Assembly: GCA_001794215.1 (NCBI GenBank)
Contig: MGJK01000020.1
Span: 1,016-65,015 of the forward strand
DNA length: 64,000 nt
Direction of reading: 5' to 3'
Origin: Candidatus Yanofskybacteria bacterium RIFCSPHIGHO2_01_FULL_44_24
GTDB lineage: Bacteria > Patescibacteriota > Minisyncoccia > 2-02-FULL-40-12 > GWA2-44-9
The notes under the pieces are model-generated. The model searched no databases. It worked only from the letters and a program-made list of their open reading frames with translations, and was not told where the DNA came from. Positions 22,309-31,981 of the stretch are shown here, in pieces (the first letter of the stretch is position 1; each line of letters starts with the position of its first letter). The position numbers and the translations under genes are program-made.

Positions 22309-22510
22309 TATTATTTCTTCTGCTGATTATCCTCAAAGCCATAAAAGCGGTCAAAACCATACCGAGCATAGACATCAAAAACGAAGCGAAAAATAAGGCT
22401 TTTATTAAAAGCCCGACACGATAAGGATCGAAGTTGACCGCTATCATAGCAAGTCCGCCCAGTGAAAGGACGGTGATTAAAAAGACAATAAAAAACTGCC
22501 AATTAATCAT
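22301..22510 (-). CDS. Small two-TM membrane protein
   Basis: Two hydrophobic helices; overlaps the pheS start. Confidence 0.6.
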   Translation of the reverse strand: MINWQFFIVFLITVLSLGGLAMIAVNFDPYRVGLLIKALFFASFLMSMLGMVLTAFMALRIISRRNNNG

Positions 22511-22532
22511 AGATAGTGGTAGAAATTTACTG

Positions 22533-22812
22533 CGCGGGCGACGGGGCTCGAACCCGCAACCTCATCCGTGCACTTATCTAATATTTTCATATTAGGGTGG
22601 ACTATATCTTGCTCGTGTCTCAATAGAATTAAGATTTAGAGTCTCTGGTATCTAGTCTCTACGGCGCCCCCGCCATAGCGGGGTTCCCACGGTATTACCC
22701 GAGCTTTCGCTGTAGGGCTTCACCGTTATCCCAAAGTTATTCATCTTATAGTTTCCTATAAGAGCTGCGTGACTCCACAGGGATGCGATCTAACCAATTG
22801 ATCTACGCCCGC
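22533..22812 (-). tRNA. tRNA-Asp(GTC) interrupted by a group I intron (exons 22777-22812 and 22533-22570)
   Basis: Joined exons give GCGGGCG TA GATC AATTGGTTA GATC G CATCC CTGT^CAC GGATG AGGTT GCGGG TTCGAGC CCCGT CGCCCGC G: a full cloverleaf with GTC anticodon and G discriminator. CCA is not encoded. Confidence 0.93.
22571..22776 (-). mobile_element. 206-nt ORF-less group I intron between anticodon positions 35 and 36
   Basis: The 5' exon ends in U, paired to the intron IGS (CUGU/GCAG, U.G wobble). P7 halves AGAGACUA and AUAUAGUCC are present, as are GNRA hairpins and a terminal omega-G. Confidence 0.92.
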
Positions 22813-23483
22813 AATAAATTTTTAAAATAATGCTCAAATATAACCTTTTTTCTGCTTAAATACAACTTCCCGGCATCCTTATACATAAAGTTATATAGAC
22901 CAAAGCTGTCGTTAGAAGAGAAACATAATCGATGACCTTGGGCATAGAATAGAGTCCCTCCCTTAACAACCGCGTACTTTTTTAATACGCCCCAAAGTCC
23001 TTTTAAAAATTTCTTACTTCCTGAGGTAAGGCCGGTTATAATAATTTTGCTTTTATGCTTGCGGTCTTTTTTCTGATATTCCGACGCAGATACATGTCCA
23101 TCACCATCAAAATAGCCTCTTAAAAAATGTGGGGCAAGCGCTCGAGGTATCTTTGGCATTTTTAGAATTAGGCTTTTATTCGGCATAAAGCCCAGACGTA
23201 GAAGATCCTTGAATATCTCCTTGCTTCCAATCTGTATTTGATATGCCTTTTTCCAGTTTTTATTTTGTAAGTTTTTCTTTCTGATATAAATTTTATGATC
23301 AGAGCCTAAACAAAACTTGATCTTCTCAAGAATATCTCGGTCGGTACTATAGAATGCGATAAAATGAGCGCCTCGCTTGTTTTTGATCATATTCCCATCA
23401 GCCGCAAAAAACCCTAAAACATAAGTCATTTCTGGCGACCAATTCTTGAAAAAATCCTCATTCTTAGCTTTAAATACGGGCAT
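22803..23483 (-). CDS. Free-standing two-motif LAGLIDADG homing endonuclease-like protein
   Basis: YVLGFFAADG and HFLRGYFDGDG motifs, C-terminal LSRKK. The stop codon lies inside the tRNA 5' end. Start at MPVFK after TAGAAT. Confidence 0.88.
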   Translation of the reverse strand: MPVFKAKNEDFFKNWSPEMTYVLGFFAADGNMIKNKRGAHFIAFYSTDRDILEKIKFCLGSDHKIYIRKKNLQNKNWKKAYQIQIGSKEIFKDLLRLGFMPNKSLILKMPKIPRALAPHFLRGYFDGDGHVSASEYQKKDRKHKSKIIITGLTSGSKKFLKGLWGVLKKYAVVKGGTLFYAQGHRLCFSSNDSFGLYNFMYKDAGKLYLSRKKVIFEHYFKNLLRA

Positions 23484-23551
23484 TTTACCAATAAATTCTA
23501 CCGCATTTCCGGCAAAATTAAAAGCCCGCATAAAGCGGGCTTTTGAAAATT

Positions 23552-25009
23552 TTATCTGTCCCAAGACTCTTTCTGGGCGGCCAAAGAAAGCTTAACCAAA
23601 TGCTTCCTTGGGTTCTTCATGAAAATCTCTCGAGCTTCCTGAAGAGACATCCCGCCCAAATAACTGACAGTGGATGCAAGGTGGCCGGCTATCTCTCTGA
23701 TGATCGGGATCACAGATCCTTTGTACTCTATCTTTTTCTCAAGTCCCTCTGGACTTAGTTTGGAAGAGGTTTCATAAGGATCGTCTACCTCTTCGGCTCG
23801 AAGCCTTTCATACATAGCCTCACGGGAAGCCATACCCCGGAATATCTTGGCCTTTCTGCCGGTTGAATCTCTGAAAACGAGACCGGGAGTTTCATCGGTT
23901 CCGGCAATAAGTCCTCCAACCATAACCGATTCTGCTCCCAAAAGAAGAGCCGAGGCGATGTGTCCGTCTCTCTTTATTCCCCCATCAGCTATGATTGGAA
24001 CATCAGAAACTCTGGCACAATCATAGATAGCCTGAGCCTGAGGAACGCCTATATTGGTATTAAATCTGGTCGTGCAAGCCGATCCCGGTCCAAGTCCGAT
24101 CTTCAGACCGTTTACGCCCAAATCCTGATAGACTTTCACTGCGTCCGGGTCAACAATATTGCCGACAACCAATTCTGCTTCTGGAAATTTACTCCTGAGA
24201 TTCTTAACCGCTTCAAGGCCAACATCCGATTGGAAGTTAGCGATATCCATAATTAGGACATCCGCTCCGATCTTGATCAGTTCAGCCGTACGCTCTATAT
24301 AATCTCCGGTGGCGCCGACAGCCGCACCGACCACGAGTCGTCCGTTGGTATCTTTGTTGGCTAATGGATAGAGTCCGAGATTTTCGATATCTTTAGAAGT
24401 TATCAGACCGACAAGTTTCCTATCTTTGTCGACCAAAGGAAGCTTCTCAAGTCGGTTTCTATCCAAAATCTGGCGAGCCTTTGAAAAAGAAACGTCCGGC
24501 GAGGCCGTAATCAAATCTTTTTCCGATTTCATCCTTTCAGCCACGAGCTGATCATCGGAAGCAAATCTGACATCCCTCGAGCTAAGCAGTCCGAGCAACT
24601 TGCCGCTGTCGTTTATGACGACCAAACAGCCGATTTTTTCTCTTTCCATTATTTTACGGGCTTCGCCGATAGTGCTCCCCTTGGAAATACTCCGGGGATT
24701 TTCAATTACTGAGCTCTCTTTACGCTTGACCTCTTCGACTTTTTTACATTGATCCCCTATGCCGAGGTACCGATGGATAATACCGATTCCGCCTTCTCTG
24801 GCGAAGGCAATAGCCATACGGGCACCCGTTATCGTGTCCATATTGGCGGAAACGACGGGCACATTAAGAGAAACATGCTCTGAAAACCGCGAAATCAGGG
24901 ATATTCCCTTTCTGCTTTTAGCCTTTCCCCAACCGGGAGGAACCAAAAAATCATCAAAAGTACAGCCTCTGAGCTGATTTAAAAGCCACTGATCCTGCCG
25001 GCTCTTCAC
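23552..25009 (-). CDS. guaB: IMPDH/GMP-reductase family oxidoreductase with CBS pair
   Basis: TFDDFLV, SANMDT, GGIGIIHR, GPGSACTTR, IIADGGI, FRGMAS, PEG. Confidence 0.85.
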   Translation of the reverse strand: MKSRQDQWLLNQLRGCTFDDFLVPPGWGKAKSRKGISLISRFSEHVSLNVPVVSANMDTITGARMAIAFAREGGIGIIHRYLGIGDQCKKVEEVKRKESSVIENPRSISKGSTIGEARKIMEREKIGCLVVINDSGKLLGLLSSRDVRFASDDQLVAERMKSEKDLITASPDVSFSKARQILDRNRLEKLPLVDKDRKLVGLITSKDIENLGLYPLANKDTNGRLVVGAAVGATGDYIERTAELIKIGADVLIMDIANFQSDVGLEAVKNLRSKFPEAELVVGNIVDPDAVKVYQDLGVNGLKIGLGPGSACTTRFNTNIGVPQAQAIYDCARVSDVPIIADGGIKRDGHIASALLLGAESVMVGGLIAGTDETPGLVFRDSTGRKAKIFRGMASREAMYERLRAEEVDDPYETSSKLSPEGLEKKIEYKGSVIPIIREIAGHLASTVSYLGGMSLQEAREIFMKNPRKHLVKLSLAAQKESWDR

Positions 25010-25048
25010 GAAATGACTCCTTCTGATTTAAAAGATCACCCCGTACTA

Positions 25049-25102
25049 ATACCACAACAAAGGGCATCTTTGCAATTGCAAAGATGCCCTTTGTTGTGGT
25101 AT
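25049..25102. repeat. Perfect 54-bp palindrome (copy 1)
   Basis: ataccacaacaaagggcatctttgcaa|ttgcaaagatgccctttgttgtggtat. Confidence 0.9.
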
Positions 25103-25145
25103 CCAAGATAGTTTTAAACTTTCGTATTTAAAATTTAGATATTGT

Positions 25146-25610
25146 TTAGGATTTTTCTTCGAGAGAGGGATGCCAATAAATTTTTTCTATTTTACGGGTG
25201 CCGTTATAGGTATAATGGTGCTTTGCAATAAATCCTGTATCGCGAGAGCTATTGCTAACGGCCATATCGTTGCCCATATAAAACCCGATGTGATAATGCT
25301 CTTGGCCGTCACCGGAAGAGACTTTTTTCTCCCAAACCAAAACAGCCCCCGGCCTCGGTTCCTTCGCCTCTTTCCAGCCGAACTTAATCATATCTTTTTC
25401 GGTACTCTTCACATTCGCATGCAGATCTGTGATCATTTTTGATAAATATAAAATCGAGGAAACAAAAAAGGCACAGCTCAAGCCTCCGTCTTTTAGAATA
25501 TCAATTTCTTTTCCGTCAATTTCCGCGTATAAATTCCTGAACATCCAGTTTTCACCCTTAACTGCGTTCTCTATCAGGGTTAAGTAGTTTTTTGTCAATG
25601 AAAGTTTCAT
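25146..25610 (-). CDS. NlpC/P60-CHAP-like cysteine hydrolase
   Basis: GLSCAFFVS (Cys), PRPGAVLVW, HIGFYMG...AVSN (His). Confidence 0.6.
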   Translation of the reverse strand: MKLSLTKNYLTLIENAVKGENWMFRNLYAEIDGKEIDILKDGGLSCAFFVSSILYLSKMITDLHANVKSTEKDMIKFGWKEAKEPRPGAVLVWEKKVSSGDGQEHYHIGFYMGNDMAVSNSSRDTGFIAKHHYTYNGTRKIEKIYWHPSLEEKS

Positions 25611-25681
25611 ATGAGATTATTTAATCATATAACCAGAAACTCCGCAAAAAGCGGAGTTTCTGGTTGTTCATTTTCTTATCC

Positions 25682-25719
25682 TCAACAAAGGGCATCTTTG
25701 CAAAGATGCCCTTTGTTGA
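25682..25719. repeat. Perfect 38-bp palindrome (copy 2, same arms as 25049-25102)
   Basis: tcaacaaagggcatctttg|caaagatgccctttgttga. Confidence 0.9.
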
Positions 25720-25752
25720 TTTTGTTGATTGTTGAAGGCTGTTCCCTATTCC

Positions 25753-28245
25753 TTACTTTGGCCTGATTTCTTTCCAAATAGGAATCGCCTTGCCGACAGA
25801 AACCTGCCTTTGACTGCTCGTACAAGAGTAACCATTTACATCAGTAGACCTTACGGTAACTTGATAAATACCCTCTAACGTATACGTGTGAGTGGGGTTC
25901 TGAAGCGTGCTGGTCTGGGCATCGCCGAAATTCCAGAGCCAGGCCGAGGGAGCGGCGGAGAAATTAGTTCTATCGGTAAAAGTAGCCGGGAAACTCACTG
26001 GAGGAGCGGAAGGAAAAACGTTCGGATGATAATTCGGAGCACGATTATCCGGCCAGGCATTGACTGGCGTTCTCCAGCTCGTATTTCCAGCCTGACAACC
26101 TCCCGGACTTACAGGATAACCGTTACAAATTGTCATGTTAGCCCAAGTCGATGGCAAGCCTGCGTTATTCCAAGCCATGACACGGGCATAATAAATCGTG
26201 TTAAAGGCTAATACTCCTTGCGGAATAGTATAATTTCTGGAGGCTCCTCCTCCGCAATTAGAACCGGAAGGACAGGAATCGACTAAAGGACTGCTAAAAT
26301 TAGAGTCGTTATCTACCTGCACCCGACGGCCGCGCTGAGGATTTGATCCCGGATCCGAGTATGACCAGCTTACATCGCCTCCCGGCCCTCCTCCGCAATA
26401 AGTCGGCTCGGCAAGAGTTACATTGCTGACGGTCGGAGGTACGCTGAGGTTGAAATTAGTTTCAAAATTGACCCAACCAGATCCTTCCCATCCAGCGCTA
26501 TAAGCATAACCCGAAATATCGTTATTCGTTAACGGACCATCGACTCCAAAATTTGGATTGAAAGCCACCGTATAGACCACGGTGCGGCTGTTCCCGCTGA
26601 TTGAGCTTGAGCATGAAACAAGTTCTAAGTAATCATGACCATAGCCAGTGGATGACCCCGTATTTTGAATAGAAGCCCAGCCACCACTTCCTAAAGGTGA
26701 ACATGCTTGATTGTCTTTAGTGCCCGACCAACCGCCCCCATCAGTACTATCCCAGGCAATAAATCCTCGATAGGCACCGGAATTTGTACCCTGATAATTT
26801 ATAATGATGTACTGATGACGTATATTTGCCCCTCCGGTAGAAATCATGCTGGTTTCTGTAATGTTGTATGTGGTGACACCGTCGGGTATAACCGTCGGAG
26901 AACTAATAGTTATACTATTAACGGTCGGAGGGGGGAGATACATACCAAAGTCATGGCGTAAGGGAGGATTGCACTCAGCCTCACAGCCGGCTAAAGTCTG
27001 ATAACAAAATCCTGTCGTCTGACCAGGAAGGTATATAGCTAAATTAGCCTCGCAAGAAGCCCTATCCGCGTAATAACTCGAGGTCTGGTTGCAAGTATAA
27101 TTAAGATCTGTCCTGCAGGCATACATTTTTTGTTTAACCCTTATGCTACCGGTACACGTTTCGCCGAACCACTCAACACCATCCTGAACCATCGCCCAAT
27201 CAAACGGATAGACGCCCCCAAGAGTCGGAAAATCGGGAGCGATAAAATTATAGGTAAAAATAGTCGAAACTCCGGGACCTATCGGCTCCGAAGAAAGAGA
27301 CACTCTGCTGGTCCCCCACCTTGTATTGTCTCGGGAGTTTTGGGAACCAAGCCTGTAATCTGCCCCACTGGTCCAGCTGGTAGTGCCGTTATTCATCATG
27401 GTTATCGATGCGGAAAATGTCTGACCGGCATTAACCTCTGCGGGTGCGCTGATTCCTATACACTGAGCGCTATTAACCGAAAATACATTAACAGTGACTG
27501 AATCCTGGGGACTAGTTCCCCCGGGTCCGGTACAATCTATCGTAAATGTCGTCGGCGAGTTAATGGGTCCGGAAGATTCGCTGTTGTTGGGATTGGCTGT
27601 TTTTCCACCCGACCATCCCCCGGAAGCCGTACAAGAAGTAGCGTTACCGGAAACAGTCCAAGAGAGGTTACCGCTATAACCGGGATTAACAGTAACCGGA
27701 CCGTCAGATCCGTCAAAGAAAATATTTACTGAGGGCGGAGGGGGGGGGATGATAGTAAAGGGAATAAACTGATCGCTTGAATCGTCATTACTGTTGGCGG
27801 CACTCAGATGAATGGTATAGTCTCCGGGACCGAGACCCGATATATCAATATACTCTTGGAATGAGTAATTCCATTCCTGCAAATCGCTGCATTGGTTGGC
27901 GTAACCGTTCGTATTGTTTGTTGCGCTAACCGGCCCGGCCAAACCGGTGCCAAGGATATCGTAATATAATGACCCCAACTCAAATGCATAAGAATCATAG
28001 AACCCTGATCCGCACATGCACTCAACCGTACCGGCATCATAATCTCCATAAACAGAGATCGTTTGTGGCCCAACAAAATCAACAGCAGCAAAAGTTATCT
28101 CCGGTAAATTATCAATGCCTCCCTCAGGACAATTCCCGCCGGAATCTATGGCGTAAGCGATCGGAGCTTCGTAAATACCGTTAAGGAACATAAAAACAGC
28201 CAAGATCGAAAATATAATAAGGCTTAAAATTAAAGAAATACGCAT
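25753..28245 (-). CDS. Secreted/surface protein with NBR1-like Ig, FN3-like and C-terminal PKD domains
   Basis: N-terminal TM/signal, NNGTTSW...WAMVQDGVEWFG, WLWNFGD...QNPTHTY, C-terminal PIWKEIRP typical of CPR surface proteins. Confidence 0.8.
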   Translation of the reverse strand: MRISLILSLIIFSILAVFMFLNGIYEAPIAYAIDSGGNCPEGGIDNLPEITFAAVDFVGPQTISVYGDYDAGTVECMCGSGFYDSYAFELGSLYYDILGTGLAGPVSATNNTNGYANQCSDLQEWNYSFQEYIDISGLGPGDYTIHLSAANSNDDSSDQFIPFTIIPPPPPSVNIFFDGSDGPVTVNPGYSGNLSWTVSGNATSCTASGGWSGGKTANPNNSESSGPINSPTTFTIDCTGPGGTSPQDSVTVNVFSVNSAQCIGISAPAEVNAGQTFSASITMMNNGTTSWTSGADYRLGSQNSRDNTRWGTSRVSLSSEPIGPGVSTIFTYNFIAPDFPTLGGVYPFDWAMVQDGVEWFGETCTGSIRVKQKMYACRTDLNYTCNQTSSYYADRASCEANLAIYLPGQTTGFCYQTLAGCEAECNPPLRHDFGMYLPPPTVNSITISSPTVIPDGVTTYNITETSMISTGGANIRHQYIIINYQGTNSGAYRGFIAWDSTDGGGWSGTKDNQACSPLGSGGWASIQNTGSSTGYGHDYLELVSCSSSISGNSRTVVYTVAFNPNFGVDGPLTNNDISGYAYSAGWEGSGWVNFETNFNLSVPPTVSNVTLAEPTYCGGGPGGDVSWSYSDPGSNPQRGRRVQVDNDSNFSSPLVDSCPSGSNCGGGASRNYTIPQGVLAFNTIYYARVMAWNNAGLPSTWANMTICNGYPVSPGGCQAGNTSWRTPVNAWPDNRAPNYHPNVFPSAPPVSFPATFTDRTNFSAAPSAWLWNFGDAQTSTLQNPTHTYTLEGIYQVTVRSTDVNGYSCTSSQRQVSVGKAIPIWKEIRPK

Positions 28246-28257
28246 AGCAAAAAAGGC

Positions 28258-29736
28258 CTATGGAACATTTATAAGAATCGAGTCATCGGTTGTTCTAACA
28301 TATCCGCTTAATACGGTATGCGAAAGAAGATATTGTCCGGACTGTACTCCGGTAAATACATAATAGCCGCTCGCATCCGTAATCGCAGTCAAAACGGCGC
28401 CGGAAGACTGATTAGTCAAAGTTACGGTTTCTCCGGCAAAGACGGGCTCGGTACCCTGATTATAAACTCCGCCGCAACAAGTGGTTGTATCTAAATCATG
28501 ATAAACATAACCCGAAACAACCGATCCGATTGACGAGCTTACGTTCACCGTAACCGAAGCATTGGCGCTTCCGCCTGGGCCAGAACAACTAAGGGTATAT
28601 GTGGTGGTCTGATTCAATGGCCCAGTATTTTGCGGTCCGGAAGTACCGCTCCATGGACCTATCGTACAGGAAGTCGCATTAGCGGTACTCCAATTGATAG
28701 TCGCGCTCTGACCGGAGGTTATATTGCATGAAGAAATCTGGCCGTTACAGTTAAGCGAAAGGCTCGGAGGAGGCGATCCGCACGAACCGTCGGAAGTATA
28801 GACGATATTAAAGGTTATTGTTTCTCCGGGATTAACGGTTTGGGTTGCCGGCCCGGACAAGCTGAATGAATTGCAAGATTGCGGATCGGGATGAATCGTA
28901 TATGCGCCGGGAGGAACGTCAAAATAAGAATTATTCTGACCCGAAAGCCACGATGGACCGGATATCAGTGAAGCTCCGTCGATATAACCGGAAGTATCAA
29001 GGTTTGTCGTAATATTTATATTTGCCGGCTGAGAAGATGTTACCTCGAAAACCAAACCCGGCGAGTGAACATAGATTAACTCATAATAATTACACGGCGG
29101 ATCCGGATTTTCCGGACTGTCCCAGTAGGCTGTATCGCAATTACCAAATTCTTCTCCCGGACTTTCCGTTGAGTTAAATGCGACTTCGTATATTCCTGGC
29201 GATAACCCGCCAATCGGAATGGGAATATTGTTGAATCTGAATATATTTGGTTTCCAGGGACCGGGAGGAGGGCCAGACCCGCTCGGACCGTCAGGATCAT
29301 CGGGATTGCCCGAAGAAAAGTTCGTAGGACAAGCTATCAGAATATCTCCGCCTTCAGCCCTGTTGAACTTTCCAGACGATTGCACATAATCAGGGCCTCT
29401 TTGGAAATTTGATCCTGTAATGACAACTGCGCTACTACTGTCAATGATGTCATAGCCGAGCTGAGGAAGACCAAACCCCCCTAAAGGACTTCGCGGAAAG
29501 TAACCGTATGTATTGGAGCCCTGGTTGCCGCAATCCGGTATCCAGGGTTCGGTATAAAACTTATCGTTTAAGTAGAGAGTTGATGTGCCCACCGGAACCA
29601 CATAAGAATTGAGTGTGACTCCAGTACCGTACTTACCTCCGCCATACATGCCTTGAATTGCAAAGGATTGAGGTGTAACCAAAAAATAGACTCCGACTAG
29701 TATAGTTAAAATAAGGATGGATTTCTTTATGGCCAT
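28258..29736 (-). CDS. Secreted Ig-fold protein with C-terminal SdrD B-like domain
   Basis: Signal peptide; VSGYVYHD...TDASGYYVF. Start at MAIKK after TACAAT. Confidence 0.75.
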   Translation of the reverse strand: MAIKKSILILTILVGVYFLVTPQSFAIQGMYGGGKYGTGVTLNSYVVPVGTSTLYLNDKFYTEPWIPDCGNQGSNTYGYFPRSPLGGFGLPQLGYDIIDSSSAVVITGSNFQRGPDYVQSSGKFNRAEGGDILIACPTNFSSGNPDDPDGPSGSGPPPGPWKPNIFRFNNIPIPIGGLSPGIYEVAFNSTESPGEEFGNCDTAYWDSPENPDPPCNYYELIYVHSPGLVFEVTSSQPANINITTNLDTSGYIDGASLISGPSWLSGQNNSYFDVPPGAYTIHPDPQSCNSFSLSGPATQTVNPGETITFNIVYTSDGSCGSPPPSLSLNCNGQISSCNITSGQSATINWSTANATSCTIGPWSGTSGPQNTGPLNQTTTYTLSCSGPGGSANASVTVNVSSSIGSVVSGYVYHDLDTTTCCGGVYNQGTEPVFAGETVTLTNQSSGAVLTAITDASGYYVFTGVQSGQYLLSHTVLSGYVRTTDDSILINVP

Positions 29737-29827
29737 ACAAGATAATTGTACCATAACTCCTTTATCTGATGCTAATAAAAAACTAAAAGGGACAGGTCAT
29801 AGACCTGTCCCTCCTTTGTTGAAAATA

Positions 29828-30346
29828 CTATCCCCCTCCTTTTGTCACCCTGATCCTCAGGAACCGGAAGTCCCCACCGGTTCCTGAACCCTGTCCGGTA
29901 ACCTGAAAGTTAGCCCCCGAGATGTTGTCGATATAGGGCGAGGGTGGATTGCCTCCGTCGGCTTCGTACCTTCCTCCATCCAAGACCCTGAGGAGGTACT
30001 CTTTGCCTACTTCGAGAGAAGGAAATACGCACATCCAACTATTACCGGACCCCTTCCACTCAAGAGGATACCTGGATGGACCTGCTGTCGGATAGTAGGG
30101 CCAGGTACACTCCTTGATCCCACTGAATTTGCCCGTGAAAGACATCTCGCCCAGCTCAACAATCGGTCCAAGCGACGGCAGGGCTTCGTAGTTCGGCCTT
30201 GGCCAACTGTACAGAACCGACACATCCACGAACTCTACCGGAGGTGGGGGCGGGGGCGGAGGTGGGGGCGGAGTGGGAGCAACCTTATCGCAGGCTGCCA
30301 CCAATAGAATAGAAAAAATAGCTATTAGAACCCTCTTCTTGGTCAT
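29828..30346 (-). CDS. Putative lipoprotein with poly-Pro linker
   Basis: Lipobox-like VAAC followed by PTPPPPPPPPPP; SD GAGGTG. Confidence 0.7.
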   Translation of the reverse strand: MTKKRVLIAIFSILLVAACDKVAPTPPPPPPPPPPPVEFVDVSVLYSWPRPNYEALPSLGPIVELGEMSFTGKFSGIKECTWPYYPTAGPSRYPLEWKGSGNSWMCVFPSLEVGKEYLLRVLDGGRYEADGGNPPSPYIDNISGANFQVTGQGSGTGGDFRFLRIRVTKGGG

Positions 30347-30497
30347 ACAACACCTCTTTTGAAAGAAACTGTCTTAACTATATCACTGTTTTATAAGAAA
30401 ATCAAGAGGTCGGGAGGTTCACTACGGGGGTTGTAAAACCGGCCTTTTTCTGGCCTGTTTTTTAAAAAAAAATTAAAACTTAAAAATTCTATCTACC

Positions 30498-30932
30498 CTA
30501 CCTCCCATTGATAACAATTTTCCTTACCCTAACCGGCTCGTCCTCATACGGATTACTTATATTAGTATAGGCGGTGACCTTGTCGCCCACTCTGAAATAG
30601 TCGGGGCCTACTCCAACCGTTCTCCCGGCCGTAACGCTCAGTATCAAGACATGGGAATCAACTATTATCTTCTTCTCTTTTTTTACGAATTGAGTACCCT
30701 GAGTGGTTCTCTCCACCCAGCCTGTATCTATGACGATATACCCGTCGCCAGCTTCGTTGACGGTCCCGCTCAGAGAACTATTAACGTTCTCAAGGTTTTT
30801 AATTTTCTCAGAGGCTATTTCCGGCCTCGTAAACACATGCCATAGCCTAAATCCTACGAAGATCAAGACCGCTAAAACCAAAGCTATGATAGTGGTCACA
30901 ATATGCACTTTCTGAAGTTTTATGGTATTCAT
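30498..30932 (-). CDS. Membrane-anchored hypothetical protein (OB-fold-like)
   Basis: N-terminal TM; LSGTV...FRVGDKVTA pattern. Confidence 0.6.
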   Translation of the reverse strand: MNTIKLQKVHIVTTIIALVLAVLIFVGFRLWHVFTRPEIASEKIKNLENVNSSLSGTVNEAGDGYIVIDTGWVERTTQGTQFVKKEKKIIVDSHVLILSVTAGRTVGVGPDYFRVGDKVTAYTNISNPYEDEPVRVRKIVINGR

Positions 30933-30972
30933 ATTTGATTTATACAGACATTAACTTATTATACCAGAAATA

Positions 30973-31054
30973 TCACCCGCCTTCACCCTCTCTTGTTTCG
31001 CCGAATCCCTGTCCCGCACGGTAACCGTATCATCCTCGAGGGTTTGGAAGTCAA
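30973..31054 (-). repeat. 82-bp duplicate of the glyQS 3' region (81/82 identical to 32022-32103)
   Basis: Direct comparison; continues in frame to an alternative stop (...KAGDISGIIS*). Confidence 0.95.
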
Positions 31055-31065
31055 TGGCTGGATAT

Positions 31066-31722
31066 TTAATCCAGTATTTCTGTCTTGAATTTCTTAGCCT
31101 CCTCCATGAAAAAATTCTGCCAATCTTGGATCGGTAGATTCTTAATCATTCTCGGATAATCTTCAGCCTCTGTCGCTTTAACGAACTGGGTCCCAAGCTG
31201 GATAAGGTCGAGGTGCCAATCAAATTTGATTCTGGCCTTCTTTATTAGGTCGCTGACTAAATACCCTTTATGCCGACAAATGGAATATAGATCTATAAAA
31301 TCTCGGGCTTTCGTTCTTTGGTATATCGTAAATAATTTATTTACTCCGATATCTAAAATACTGTCTATCGCTAGGTCTTTCTGTTTCTCTCCTCGATCAA
31401 GTCTGGGAAATGGGAAAAAAGTGAATTCTGCCTTCAAGATCTCATTGTCGAAGTGCAGAAAAAATAGGTTTCTGTTATAGCTCTGCTGAAAATCGATTTT
31501 TTTTATCCGCAAATTTTTCTTTATTTGACTGAAAAAAACATTCAAGTTAAAGATATCGAATTCTTTTTCAGAAAAAAAATCCAGATCTTCCGAGTAACGA
31601 TGGTTGAGATAAAAAGCCGCCAGAGCCGTACCTCCGGTAAGATAAAAATTCTCTGTAATGAACCTGTCGCTCCCAATCTTATCAAGAACAGTAATCTGGT
31701 TTTTAGTAAGTATTTCTTTCAC
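31066..31722 (-). CDS. AbiEii/AbiGii-family nucleotidyltransferase (type IV TA toxin-like)
   Basis: FYLTGGTALAAFYLNHRYSEDLDFF, K...R..ARDFIDLY. Confidence 0.88.
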   Translation of the reverse strand: MKEILTKNQITVLDKIGSDRFITENFYLTGGTALAAFYLNHRYSEDLDFFSEKEFDIFNLNVFFSQIKKNLRIKKIDFQQSYNRNLFFLHFDNEILKAEFTFFPFPRLDRGEKQKDLAIDSILDIGVNKLFTIYQRTKARDFIDLYSICRHKGYLVSDLIKKARIKFDWHLDLIQLGTQFVKATEAEDYPRMIKNLPIQDWQNFFMEEAKKFKTEILD

Positions 31723-31909
31723 CTAAAAGTAGCTTGAGAAATTTCCTGCGATAAGGATCAATGCTGATTCTATCCCAATGTAACTTGAGTTCCGATATTT
31801 TTATTTTCTCGCCACCGGCTCCATAATCAATCATCTGTTCCAGCTTCCAAATACCATATTTCCCCGGATTTTTTGCTAACTCTTTTTCGTTAGTTGACCA
31901 ATTATACAT
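31703..31909 (-). CDS. Small partner protein (putative antitoxin) of the AbiEii-like gene
   Basis: 68 aa; overlaps the toxin start; WKLEQMIDYG...LKLLL. Confidence 0.7.
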   Translation of the reverse strand: MYNWSTNEKELAKNPGKYGIWKLEQMIDYGAGGEKIKISELKLHWDRISIDPYRRKFLKLLLGERNTY

Positions 31910-31981
31910 GCGTATATTATATCAAAAATCCTTTATTTTGCATAGTGCGTTGTTGAGATTGGTCGATCTAAAATTAGCTGC

